From positions 18,791-82,790 of the forward strand of contig DATLUQ010000002.1 of the NCBI GenBank assembly GCA_035533015.1: a DNA stretch of 64,000 bases, given 5' to 3'. Of the stretch, positions 1-8,806 are shown piece by piece (position 1 is the first letter of the stretch; every line of letters begins with the position of its first letter). Below the pieces are notes generated by a model. It saw only the letters and a list, made by a program, of their open reading frames with translations, ran no database searches and was not told the DNA's origin. The translations under genes were made by a program, and so were the position numbers. This DNA comes from Gemmatimonadaceae bacterium (GTDB taxonomy: Bacteria > Gemmatimonadota > Gemmatimonadetes > Gemmatimonadales > Gemmatimonadaceae).

Positions 1-17
1 CTGCACCGCATCCCTGA

Positions 18-100
18 TGGTGGGGGAAGGATTCGAACCTTCGAAGGCATAAGCCGGCAGATTTACAGTCTGCTCCCGTTGGCCGCTTGGGTACCCCACC
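18..100 (-). tRNA. tRNA-Tyr (anticodon GUA), long variable arm, CCA encoded
   Basis: Reverse complement reads GGTGGGG..AGCAGA-CTGTAAA-TCTGC..GAAGG-TTCGAAT-CCTTC-CCCCACC-A-CCA. It has a 7-bp acceptor stem, a canonical T-loop and GTA in the anticodon loop. Confidence 0.9.
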
Positions 101-157
101 GCGAAACGCGCCCACCATCGCCCGCGCGCCAGACCTCGCGTGCCACGTTCGATCGAG

Positions 158-230
158 AGCTGACGGCGAGAGTCGAACTCGCAACCGCCTGATTACAAAT
201 CAGGTGCTCTGCCAGTTGAGCTACGTCAGC
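158..230 (-). tRNA. tRNA-Thr (anticodon UGU)
   Basis: Reverse complement reads GCTGACG-TA-GCTCAACTGGCAGAGC-A-CCTGA-TTTGTAA-TCAGG..GCGAG-TTCGACT-CTCGC-CGTCAGC-T. This is a cloverleaf with TGT in the anticodon loop. Confidence 0.9.
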
Positions 231-331
231 GACCGAGCCGTTCTGCGCGAGACTCGTAGAATACCAGACGGCTACGCAAGTGTCAAGCCACGATCCCATG
301 CTGACTTATCGGCAAACGCTTGATCCCGCGC

Positions 332-1750
332 TCACCCCACCCGCTTCCACTTCGTACCCGCCGGCGTGTCCTCGATCGCGATCCCCCGGCCCACCAATTC
401 GGCCCTGATCTGGTCGGCCTCAGCGAAGTCCCGGCGACCCCGGGCCGCCTTCCGAGCCGCCAGACGATCCTCCACCCACTCCACCAACCCCGGATCGTCC
501 ATCGCTCGGCCTGGAATCAGGTCCAATACCCCATTCATGACCTCGAACACCCGCCGCGCCTCGACCAGGGCGCCAACATCCGCCCCGCCCCGATCCAACT
601 CGGCATTGGCCGCCGTGATGAAACTGAATACCGCTGCCATGGCCCTCGGGGCGTTCAAATCGTCGTAGATCGCCGAGGTGAACGCCACCTCGGCCGCCGC
701 AGACGCCGCGGCCAGCGCAGGCGTCGCTCCGCTGGCCCGGCTCAAGCGTTCCGCGAAGTCACCCACCCGGCGCACCGCCTCGGCGCTGGCGTCCAGCGCC
801 TCGTCCGACAGGTTCAACTCTTTGCGGTAGTGCGCGCTGAACATGAAGTGTCGGATCGCGGCCGCCGATACGTTGGCCTCGCGCAACCCCTGCACGGTGC
901 TCACGTTGCCCACCCGTTTGGCCATCTTGGAACCATCCGTAAGCAGGAAGGCTCCGTGGCACCAGCAACGAGCGAAAATCTTTCCGGTGGCTGCCTCGGA
1001 CTGCGCGATCTCGTCCTCGTGGTGAGGGAAGATCAGGTCCACCCCGCCCGTGTGGATGTCGAGCGTCTCGCCCAGCAGGTCCATGGCCATAGCCGAGCAC
1101 TCGAGGTGCCATCCGGGGCGCCCGCGCCCCCAGGGCGAGTCCCAGGCGGCGCCAACCCGCTCGTCCTCCTCCTTGGCCGCCTTCCACAAGGCAAAGTCCT
1201 GGGCGTTCTCCTTCGCGTAGTCGTCCTGCGCCACACGTGCACCCGACTTGATCTCGCGCGTATCGAGCCGCGACAGCCGGCCGTACAGCGGAAAGCGTCC
1301 GATCGCGAAATACACCGAGCCGTCCTCCGCCTGGTACGCCACGCCAGCCATCACGAGCCGTTCGACCAACCTGATCATCTGCGGGATGTACTCCGTGGCC
1401 TTGGGATACGCCTCGGCCTCCTCGATGCGCAGATAGCGGCGGTCGGCCTGGAAGATCTCGGTGACGGGCACCGTGATGTCGCCGATCATCTTGCCCTGCT
1501 CATTGGCTCGCTTGATGATCTTGTCGTCGACGTCGGTCAGGTTCATCACCTGACGCACCTGCCAACCCCGCAAACGAAGAGCGCGCCGCAGCAGGTCATT
1601 GAACAGGAAGGTGCGGAAGTTGCCCAGGTGCGCCGGGTTGTAGACGGTGGGACCACAACTGTAGAAGCGCACCGTGTCGCCGTCGGCCGGCGCGAACACC
1701 TCGACCCGGCGGGTGAGCGTGTTGTAGAGGCGGAATTCGGGCGTGGTCAT
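332..1750 (-). CDS. cysS: cysteine--tRNA ligase
   Basis: ORF 332..2068 trimmed to the internal ATG (MTTPEFRLYNTLT). Class I aaRS motifs are CGPTVYNPAHLGNFRT (HIGH-like) and GSKMAKRVGN (KMSKS-like). Confidence 0.92.
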   Translation of the reverse strand: MTTPEFRLYNTLTRRVEVFAPADGDTVRFYSCGPTVYNPAHLGNFRTFLFNDLLRRALRLRGWQVRQVMNLTDVDDKIIKRANEQGKMIGDITVPVTEIFQADRRYLRIEEAEAYPKATEYIPQMIRLVERLVMAGVAYQAEDGSVYFAIGRFPLYGRLSRLDTREIKSGARVAQDDYAKENAQDFALWKAAKEEDERVGAAWDSPWGRGRPGWHLECSAMAMDLLGETLDIHTGGVDLIFPHHEDEIAQSEAATGKIFARCWCHGAFLLTDGSKMAKRVGNVSTVQGLREANVSAAAIRHFMFSAHYRKELNLSDEALDASAEAVRRVGDFAERLSRASGATPALAAASAAAEVAFTSAIYDDLNAPRAMAAVFSFITAANAELDRGGADVGALVEARRVFEVMNGVLDLIPGRAMDDPGLVEWVEDRLAARKAARGRRDFAEADQIRAELVGRGIAIEDTPAGTKWKRVG

Positions 1751-1758
1751 GGCGGTCT

Positions 1759-2628
1759 TCACAATGTAGCGGGCGGCACAACGGGGACCGGTATGGTGGG
1801 CACCTCGTCGCGCTCGAACGCCACCTGCACGCGCTGCCGCAACTCCGACGAGGCCGCGTCGAGGTCGGCAGGTCTGGTGCGCCCGGCGATGCCCAGGGTC
1901 ACCGTGCCCGCTCCGAATTTCTCGATGCCCGTGACCGCGGGCGGATCGAGGAACCGGGTCTTCCAACTCGCGTCGGCCGCCAGTTCGGCGGCCACGCGGG
2001 CCAAGCTCTTGGCGGCCGTCTCGGCGCCGGCCCAGGGCACGTCGATACTCACCCCGGCACGCCGCCACGTGCGCGAGAGGTTGGTGACCTGCAGGATCTG
2101 GCCGTTGGGGATGATGTGCAGCGCGCCGGTCGCGGCGCGCACGTACACCAGGCGCAGCGTGAGGTCCTCGACCGTACCCTCGACCGTCCCGATACGCACG
2201 CCGTCGCCAAGTCCGAACTGGTGTTCGAACTGGAAGAAGAATCCCGTGACGTAGTCGCGCACGAGGCTCTGCGACCCGAACGAGATGGCGAGCCCGAGCA
2301 CACCCGACACGGCGAGCAGGGGATTCGTATCAAGTCCAAAGGCACGCATGGACATGATGACCACAACAACCACCACGACCACCCGCCCCGAATTGCGGAG
2401 CAGCACCGCCAAGGTCCGCGCGCGCTGTTCGCGGGCAGGCCCCCACTCCTCGCCTTTGGCAGAGCGTGCCATGCGCTCGATGCGCGTCGCAACGATGCGC
2501 ACGGCGATCCAGGCGATGCCGCCGACGACGAGCGTCGCGCCGAATTCCCTCAGCGCGCCCATGAGCGCGTCGAACGTTTGCGGGAGGTGCGTGGCGGCCT
2601 GGAGGGGGAGCAGGTTCAGGTGGGGCAT
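1759..2628 (-). CDS. mechanosensitive ion channel (MscS family)
   Basis: N-terminal TM helices followed by the MscS core LAISFGSQSLVRDYVTGFFFQFEHQFGLGDGVRIG..GTVEDLTLRLVYVR. Confidence 0.8.
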   Translation of the reverse strand: MPHLNLLPLQAATHLPQTFDALMGALREFGATLVVGGIAWIAVRIVATRIERMARSAKGEEWGPAREQRARTLAVLLRNSGRVVVVVVVVIMSMRAFGLDTNPLLAVSGVLGLAISFGSQSLVRDYVTGFFFQFEHQFGLGDGVRIGTVEGTVEDLTLRLVYVRAATGALHIIPNGQILQVTNLSRTWRRAGVSIDVPWAGAETAAKSLARVAAELAADASWKTRFLDPPAVTGIEKFGAGTVTLGIAGRTRPADLDAASSELRQRVQVAFERDEVPTIPVPVVPPATL

Positions 2629-2660
2629 TTGGTGAAGCTAGGCGACCCCCTGCGCGACGG

Positions 2661-3356
2661 TCAACGGATCGACGGTGCGATGCGGCGCTCGGCGACGCGG
2701 GCCGCGGGCTGCCTGTCCTCGCAGGCTCCCCACGGGCGCAGGTATCCTTCGCGAAGCTCGTGTACATGGGGGGCGAGATCCAGCACCGCTTGCGAGTCGC
2801 GGCCGGCGAGTAGCGCCGCGCCACCGGTGGCGGCGTGGCCCTCGAGCAGACGCCGCACGATGGGGCGTGCCATGGCGGCGAAGGCATCGGGCGTGCCATC
2901 GAGCAGGAGCAGCGGGTGGGGAGTGGCGAGTCCGATGGCCAGGGCAAGGCGGGCGCGCTCATCGGTGGTCAGGCTCGCCTGCTCGGCGCCCAGCCGTGCG
3001 GTAAGTCCGAGCTCGGCCAGGACGGCGGCGAGCCGGTCCGGCTCCACGGCGGGGTCGCCACAGGCGCGATTGACCACGTCACGCGCCGTTTCGAAGGGGT
3101 AGGCAGCCGGTGCTAACGCGACGATTCTCGCCCGGCGCGCCGATTCGTGCCAGTGCAACGCGCCGGCATCAGGCCGCGCGAGGCCGGCTGCGCAGCGCAC
3201 GAGCGTGGTCTTGCCGGCACCGCGGGCGCCGACGATGCCGATCACCTGCCCGCCGTCCAACTCGAGGTTCACACCGCAGAGGACGCGGGCAGTGGCCGAG
3301 CAGCCCGGCATTCCGGCTGCGTAGCCCTTCTTGAGGTTGCGTGCGGTGAAGAGCAT
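2661..3356 (-). CDS. ABC-type ATP-binding protein with degenerate signature and Walker B motifs
   Basis: Walker A is GARGAGKTTL. The signature position reads LTTDERARL instead of LSGGQ. Walker B is LLLLDGT, with no catalytic Glu. No permease gene is adjacent. Confidence 0.6.
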   Translation of the reverse strand: MLFTARNLKKGYAAGMPGCSATARVLCGVNLELDGGQVIGIVGARGAGKTTLVRCAAGLARPDAGALHWHESARRARIVALAPAAYPFETARDVVNRACGDPAVEPDRLAAVLAELGLTARLGAEQASLTTDERARLALAIGLATPHPLLLLDGTPDAFAAMARPIVRRLLEGHAATGGAALLAGRDSQAVLDLAPHVHELREGYLRPWGACEDRQPAARVAERRIAPSIR

Positions 3357-3454
3357 GAGCAGGGCCCGGCTGGAGTGGACGCCGGCTGGCGCCGGGTACG
3401 CTCAGTGTGTCACGCCGCGCCACCGTGGATGGCACCGGATCCGTGCCTGAGGGC

Positions 3455-3486
3455 ACAAAAAAGAACGGGCGCGCGAAGGCGCGCCC
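3455..3486 (-). terminator. rho-independent terminator downstream of the DUF1611 gene
   Basis: On the minus strand GGGCGCGC-CTTC-GCGCGCCC (8-bp GC stem) is followed by GTTCTTTTTTG. Confidence 0.7.
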
Positions 3487-3514
3487 GTCTCGGGCCGGCG
3501 GGGCCCGCTGCAGA

Positions 3515-4564
3515 TCATCGCGGGCGGCTGCGGTGGAAGGCGTCGATTGCGTCCACGACGGGCGCGGGATCGAAGCGGACTGGATCGGTGGCCGGCAGTC
3601 CGGTGTCCCGTGCCGCGCGCGTCACGGCGGCGCGCGCCGACGCGTCGTCCAGGTCATACGTATTCAGGGCCACGCCGATCACCGGCGCGGCGCGCAGCAC
3701 GACGCGTTCGTGGAGCTGGATGAATTCGGCGAGGGGCGGGATCGGCACCCATTCGTTGTGACGGATGGCGGTGCGTGTGGGCTGGGCGCACATCACCTGG
3801 GCGTGGGGCAGTGATCCGTGCAAGAGCCCGTAGGTCACGCCCGAGTAGCTGGGGTGGATGATCGACCCCTGCCCCTCGACGAGCACGATGTCGGCGTCTC
3901 GCGCCGAGTCGAGGACCAATCGCTCGGCAGCGCCGGCGATGAAGTCCGCGACGACGGCGTCCACGGAGATGCCTTTGCCGTCGATGAGGATGCCGGTCTG
4001 TCCGGTGCCGGCAAAGGCAACGCGGTGGCCCTTGCCGCGGAGTCCATCGAGGAGCTGGAGGGCAGCCGTCATCTTGCCGATGTTGCAGTCGGTGCCCACG
4101 GTGAGCACGACGGTAGCAGCCACTTCGCGCACGCGGCCGCGGGCCACGTCGAGGTCCCTGGGTGGACGACGGAGATCGTGAATCTCGGCGCCCGAGCGCG
4201 CGGCGTGGGCGGCAAGGTCGGCGTCGTCGCCAAGCATCGCGTGGAGGCCACTCCACACGTCGAGCCCGTCGTCGAGGGCGCGCAGGACGATGCCGCGCCA
4301 CTCAGCGGGAAACTGTCCTCCTTGCGGTGCGATCCCGATGAGGAGCGCGTTGGGCTTGCGGGCCAGCCCTTCATCGATCGATCCGACGACGGGAATCGCG
4401 CCGCCGAAGCCGAGCACCTGCTGGGCGGTTTTGCCGCGCTGCGTGGAGTCGATCACCGCGGCCACGCGCTGCGGAGAGTAGCGGATGCAGGCGTTGGCGG
4501 TCTTGGAGCGGAGGGGATTGAACGACCCCTCGGCCAGCACGAGGAATCGGGGGTCGCGAGTCAT
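3515..4564 (-). CDS. DUF1611 domain protein (DgcN-like)
   Basis: ORF trimmed to MTRDPRFLVLAEG. Family-typical blocks are LLIGIAPQGG, VLTVGTDCNIGKMT and LVEGQGSIIHPSYSGVT. Confidence 0.7.
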   Translation of the reverse strand: MTRDPRFLVLAEGSFNPLRSKTANACIRYSPQRVAAVIDSTQRGKTAQQVLGFGGAIPVVGSIDEGLARKPNALLIGIAPQGGQFPAEWRGIVLRALDDGLDVWSGLHAMLGDDADLAAHAARSGAEIHDLRRPPRDLDVARGRVREVAATVVLTVGTDCNIGKMTAALQLLDGLRGKGHRVAFAGTGQTGILIDGKGISVDAVVADFIAGAAERLVLDSARDADIVLVEGQGSIIHPSYSGVTYGLLHGSLPHAQVMCAQPTRTAIRHNEWVPIPPLAEFIQLHERVVLRAAPVIGVALNTYDLDDASARAAVTRAARDTGLPATDPVRFDPAPVVDAIDAFHRSRPR

Positions 4565-4580
4565 TGGGAAAGCGGTGAGG

Positions 4581-5702
4581 TCAGGGGGTGGGCAGCGGTG
4601 GTTGGGGCCCAGCCGCCGAGGGCACTCGGGCGGCGAGGGGATCGACGATGAGACCTCCCTCATAGATCCCGTGCACGAGCACGCGGCGCACGAGAACCAT
4701 CACGATGGCGAGCGTGGGCATTGCGATGAGGAGGCCGAGAGCGCCGAGGAGCTCGCCCATCACGAGTACACCGGTGATGCTCAGTACTGGTGGGAGGTCC
4801 ACCTTCTCGGACATGACCAATGGAGCGACGACATTGCCTTCGATGAGGTGGATCACGACGCCCAGCCCGAGCACGAGCATGGCGCGGGTGCCGCCGCCCG
4901 GCGTGTTGAGCACGAACAGCGCGGGGAGTGTGGTGGACAGCAGCGTGCCGAAGAACGGCACGATCGCGGCGAGCCCGGTGAACACGCCGAACGTGAGCGC
5001 GTACGGGACGCCGAGCAGATACAGCCCGATCGCCGTGAGGATGCCGAGCAACGTCATCGTGAACAGCTGGCCGACGATGTACGCCCGGAGCGTGGCCCCC
5101 AGTTCCCCGAGGATGTGATTGACGAACGGGCGGCGCGCGGGCGGGAAGAGCGATTCCAGGATATCGGTATACGTGGTCGGGGCGACGGTGAGGTAGATCG
5201 CCATGACGACCACGGAAAAGATGCTGATCAAGGCGTGCACGCCCGCGAACAGCTTGGGCACGACGTTCTGGAGGGCGCCGGCGACCTGATCGTAGATGCC
5301 GAGCACGATGCTCTGCTGTTTGGGAGCCATCACCCCGGCGAGCGCGGGGATGCGGGCAAGCATGACGTCCAGGTTCTGCTGCCATTGATTGACGTACTGC
5401 GGCAGCAACCCCACCAACTGCTGCGTCTGCGTCACCAGCGGGGGCACGAGGATGGTGAAGAGCAGCGCGACGGCGGCGAGGCTGACGGAGAGCGCGGCCA
5501 GGAACGCGATGCGTCCCGGCACGTGCAGGCGCTGGCGGAGCGCGGCTGCCAGCGCGTCCAGATACACGGCGAGCAGGATGCCGACGAAGAGCAGCATCAA
5601 CACGTCGGCCACGGATCCGACCAGCCAGAGCAGCAGGACGGTCAGGACCGTCGCGGTGAGCAGGGGCGCGTACGCGAAGCGCCGTGCGGGCTGCTCGCTC
5701 AA
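4581..5702 (-). CDS. AI-2E family transporter (PerM/UPF0118)
   Basis: Polytopic membrane protein with about 8 TM helices. The end of the protein has the family-typical EGNVVAPLVMSEKVDLPPVL. It overlaps pspA by 4 nt. Confidence 0.75.
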   Translation of the reverse strand: MSEQPARRFAYAPLLTATVLTVLLLWLVGSVADVLMLLFVGILLAVYLDALAAALRQRLHVPGRIAFLAALSVSLAAVALLFTILVPPLVTQTQQLVGLLPQYVNQWQQNLDVMLARIPALAGVMAPKQQSIVLGIYDQVAGALQNVVPKLFAGVHALISIFSVVVMAIYLTVAPTTYTDILESLFPPARRPFVNHILGELGATLRAYIVGQLFTMTLLGILTAIGLYLLGVPYALTFGVFTGLAAIVPFFGTLLSTTLPALFVLNTPGGGTRAMLVLGLGVVIHLIEGNVVAPLVMSEKVDLPPVLSITGVLVMGELLGALGLLIAMPTLAIVMVLVRRVLVHGIYEGGLIVDPLAARVPSAAGPQPPLPTP

Positions 5703-6481
5703 CTCGTCTTCTTCTCTTCCGGCAACTCCTCGATGTCGGCAGGAACCGTCTCGTCGTCACCACGCCCGAGTTGTTTGGCAGGGGCGGACGATCCGGCGGG
5801 GAGCATTCCCATCTTCTGCTTGAGGGCGAGCAGTTGCTGGTCGACCGTGCCCGAAACGGCACCGCGTTCGAGCTGTTTGAACTCGCGTTGCAGTGTGTCG
5901 CCCGAGAACTCCTCGTCGATCTCGGTGGCGGCCTTGATCTGTCGCTCATTGGTTTCGATGCGCTCTTCCATGCGGCTGAACGCCTCGAACGCCGACTTCT
6001 CGGAAAGAGACGACATCGTCTCGGCAATGCGCTTCTGGGCCTGGGCCCGGCGCTGCCGCGCAATGAGCAGGTTCTTCTTGCGCTTCGCCTCCTCGATCTT
6101 GTCGTTCAGATCGCGGAGCGAGTTCTTGAGCTTCTCCGTTTCGAGCCGGTGGGCCTCCCAGGTCTGCGCGAGTTGCTGGCCGTTGTTCGCGTGCTCGGCC
6201 TGGCGGACAAGCGCCTGCTTGGCCAGATCGTCGCGGTTCTCCTGCACGGCGAGCATGGCCCGGCGCTCCCAATCCTGGGCCTGCGTGAATTCCGCATCGG
6301 CCTGGTCGCGCAGCCGCTTCTCGTCCGCGATCGCGGTGGCGACCTGTTGCTTGGCTTTGGCAAGCTGCGAGCGCATGTCGGCGAGAATCTGCGTGAGCAT
6401 CTTCTCGGGATCTTCCGCTTTCGAAATCAGATCATTGATGTTCGAACGCAGCATCTGAGAGAGTCGATCGAAAATCCCCAT
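5699..6481 (-). CDS. pspA: PspA/IM30 family protein
   Basis: MGIFDRLSQMLRSNINDLISKAEDPEKMLTQILADMRSQLAKAKQ, followed by a long coiled-coil and an acidic tail. Confidence 0.88.
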   Translation of the reverse strand: MGIFDRLSQMLRSNINDLISKAEDPEKMLTQILADMRSQLAKAKQQVATAIADEKRLRDQADAEFTQAQDWERRAMLAVQENRDDLAKQALVRQAEHANNGQQLAQTWEAHRLETEKLKNSLRDLNDKIEEAKRKKNLLIARQRRAQAQKRIAETMSSLSEKSAFEAFSRMEERIETNERQIKAATEIDEEFSGDTLQREFKQLERGAVSGTVDQQLLALKQKMGMLPAGSSAPAKQLGRGDDETVPADIEELPEEKKTS

Positions 6482-6484
6482 GGG

Positions 6485-6889
6485 TCAGTGTGCCTCGCGG
6501 AACGCGCCGAGCTCGCGCATGTGTGACGCCAGGGCCAGGGTCATGCTCTCATAACTCGCCAGGAACTCTTCGTAGTCAAGGTGCTCCAACTCGAGCGCCT
6601 CGGTGAGCACGACTGAATCGCCCTGGATGCCGTACGATCCGTGCAGCAGGTCGCCAGCGTTCATTTCGAGCAAACGGCGGCTCAATGTGGCCAACGCCCC
6701 ATTCTGCTTGGGCAAGCTCATCACTTTGACCCGCAGCAGGACTACGGGCGGGGAGTAGTGGACGACGACATCGAAATCCTGGGAGCCCCCGGGCTTCACC
6801 ACCCAGAGGCCCGGCTCGACTTCGGTGTGGGTCGCCCCATCCACCTCCAGCCGGTCGAGATAGCCTTCGATTTCTTCCTTGGTCACCAT
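6485..6889 (-). CDS. YbjN-like (T3SS-chaperone-like) domain protein
   Basis: ORF trimmed to MVTKEEIEGYLDRL. YbjN-type pattern HTEVEPGLWVVKPGG..FDVVVHYSPPVVLLRVKV. It lies 3 nt upstream of pspA. Confidence 0.55.
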   Translation of the reverse strand: MVTKEEIEGYLDRLEVDGATHTEVEPGLWVVKPGGSQDFDVVVHYSPPVVLLRVKVMSLPKQNGALATLSRRLLEMNAGDLLHGSYGIQGDSVVLTEALELEHLDYEEFLASYESMTLALASHMRELGAFREAH

Positions 6890-7015
6890 CGGTGCGATCC
6901 CGTGAATGCGCTTGCCAGACCCTACGGATGGAGCCGTGCGGCGTTTCAACCGCCGTGGTCAAACTACCGCCGGGCTGGAAGGGGGGCAACGGCCGGCATG
7001 CCGGCGCGCTCTTTC

Positions 7016-7918
7016 TTATAGAATGCGCCAGCCACGCGACGTCAGCCGGCGTCGCGCCCGCTCGGGCTCGCGGGTGGCCAGATAGCTCGGGCTCTCCCAA
7101 TCCGGCACGTGCGAGGGGCCCGACGCCGGGGCGATCAGGGGCCCCCAGAACGTCGCGCCGATCGCGAGGACTGCGTACCCCAGGTTCTCGAGCAACTGCG
7201 AGACCGCGGTTGGGTAGCGGGCGTGGTCTTCGTACACCACGTCGCGCACCCGGCGGTCGGCGAGGAGCGCCGTGGCGCCACGCAGCACCGCGGACTCGTG
7301 CCCTTCGACGTCCAGCTTCATGACCCCGACCTCCGCCGGCTGCGGCACGAACGTGTCGAGCCGTGCCAGCTGGATGCGCTGGCGTTCACCCTGCCGAGGG
7401 TCGCCAGGCCCCACCACTTCTGCGATGCCGCGGTTCCATTCGAACGACGGCGGCATGAGCAATTCGCCGTAGCCGTCGTGATCCGACAACGCGGCTGCTG
7501 AGACGTCGATCGGCGCCGCCGCGGGGTCGGCACGCCAGGCGTCGACGTTGAACGCCAGCTCCGCGCGCACGCCGGCGTTGGGCTCGAACGCGATGACCCG
7601 CCCCGCCGGTCCGACGCGTCGGGCCAGCAGCGCGGTCATCTGTCCGATGTTGGCTCCGACGTCGAGCGCCAGTTCTCCCGGGTCGGCCAGCCGCCACAGC
7701 ACCTCGGCCACGGGAAGGTCGAACACGCCGAGCTGTTGAATGCTCAGACCTATGGCGTCGCCCGCGAAGCAGCGAATCGGCATGCCCCACGGCAGCCGGA
7801 CGGTCACGCGATCACGACCGCGGTGGCGACGGCGCGAAAGCACCCGGCGTACGAGTTGCGACGGCCGAAACAGGTAGTGCGGCTTGGCGAGCCCGCGCAC
7901 CGCCGCCGCGAGACTCAC
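7016..7918 (-). CDS. FkbM family methyltransferase
   Basis: SAM motif LDVGANIGQMTALLARRVGPAGRVIAFEPN and the FkbM block MKLDVEGHESAVLRGA. Confidence 0.8.
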   Translation of the reverse strand: MSLAAAVRGLAKPHYLFRPSQLVRRVLSRRRHRGRDRVTVRLPWGMPIRCFAGDAIGLSIQQLGVFDLPVAEVLWRLADPGELALDVGANIGQMTALLARRVGPAGRVIAFEPNAGVRAELAFNVDAWRADPAAAPIDVSAAALSDHDGYGELLMPPSFEWNRGIAEVVGPGDPRQGERQRIQLARLDTFVPQPAEVGVMKLDVEGHESAVLRGATALLADRRVRDVVYEDHARYPTAVSQLLENLGYAVLAIGATFWGPLIAPASGPSHVPDWESPSYLATREPERARRRLTSRGWRIL

Positions 7919-7920
7919 GT

Positions 7921-8805
7921 TCAGGCGCCCGCGCGTTTGATCTGGACCAGCCGCCCGCGCGCCAGCCGGCGCCCGGTGGGGGTTGCGGCGAGTCCGCCCC
8001 CGGCGGTCTCGCGGTACCGTACGTCCATCTCCCGGCCGATCTCACCCATGACATCGATCACTTCGTCGGCTGGGATCGCGAACTCGATGCCGGCCAGCGC
8101 CATCTCGACGGCAGCGAGTGCGATGGCAGCACCGGTGGCATTCCGGAACACGCACGGCAGCTCGACGAGGCCGCCCAGCGGGTCGCAGATCAGGCCGAGC
8201 GTGGCCTGTTGGGCGAGCGCGATCGCGTGCCCGACCTGGGCTGGCGTGCCGCCGAGCATCTCGGTTGCCGCGCCGGCCGCCATCCCGGCGGCGGCGCCGG
8301 TCTCGGCCTGGCAGCCGCCCTCGGCGCCGGAGAGCGACGCGCGTTCGGCAACGACGGCGCCGATGAGGCCAGCGGTGGCGAGCGCATTCACGACGGCGTC
8401 GTCGGGGATCCCCCGGGCCGCGGCGAGCCCCGTGAGCACCGCGGGGAGCACGCCGGCGCCGCCCGCCGTGGGGGCGGCGACGATCACGCCCATGGCCGCG
8501 TTCACCTCCTGCACAGCGAGGGCGCGCGCGAGCACGTCGCGGAACGGCGTACCGGAGAGTGGGCCGGCAGGGCCGCTGCGCAACTTGGCGGCGTCGCCGC
8601 CCACCAGTCCCGACGCCGATTTGAGGTCGCCGGCCAGGCCGCGTTCCACGGCACCGCGCATGACGACGAGCGCGCGGCGCAAGGCGTCGCGGATCTCTTC
8701 CACGGGGCGCCCCTGGTCGAGGGCCTCGGCTTCGAGGGCGACCCGGGCGAGGGACTTGCCCTGCGCCTGGGCGTCGCGGATGGCGTCAGCGATCGCTCGG
8801 TACAC
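7921..8805 (-). CDS. sdaAA: L-serine ammonia-lyase, Fe-S type, alpha subunit
   Basis: Gly/Ala-rich core typical of SdaAA: GGCQAETGAAAGMAAGAATEMLGGTP and LICDPLGGLVELPC. Confidence 0.85.
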   Translation of the reverse strand: MYRAIADAIRDAQAQGKSLARVALEAEALDQGRPVEEIRDALRRALVVMRGAVERGLAGDLKSASGLVGGDAAKLRSGPAGPLSGTPFRDVLARALAVQEVNAAMGVIVAAPTAGGAGVLPAVLTGLAAARGIPDDAVVNALATAGLIGAVVAERASLSGAEGGCQAETGAAAGMAAGAATEMLGGTPAQVGHAIALAQQATLGLICDPLGGLVELPCVFRNATGAAIALAAVEMALAGIEFAIPADEVIDVMGEIGREMDVRYRETAGGGLAATPTGRRLARGRLVQIKRAGA

Positions 8806-8806
8806 G

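Noticed and set aside
1-331. The tRNA-Thr/tRNA-Tyr pair as a possible genomic-island integration site.
   Set aside because: No integrase, direct repeat of the tRNA 3' end, or atypical gene content lies adjacent within the window. The next gene is cysS.
320-2254. A 644-aa plus-strand ORF overlapping cysS and the MscS gene. Similar very long antisense ORFs exist at 13114-14895(-), 15744-17498(-), 24635-25894(-), 42099-44210(-), 54013-55581(+), 57584-59611(+) and 61613-63250(-).
   Set aside because: Each lies opposite a gene with unmistakable family motifs. Their translations are Arg/Gly/Pro/His/Ala-rich low-information strings typical of stop-codon-poor antisense frames in very GC-rich DNA. 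No recognisable domains are present.
6890-7015. The palindrome GCCGGCATGCCGGC followed by TCTTTCTT on the plus strand, which looks like a terminator.
   Set aside because: Both flanking genes are on the minus strand, where no U-tract follows the hairpin. There is no plus-strand gene to terminate. It is likely incidental GC-rich palindromy.
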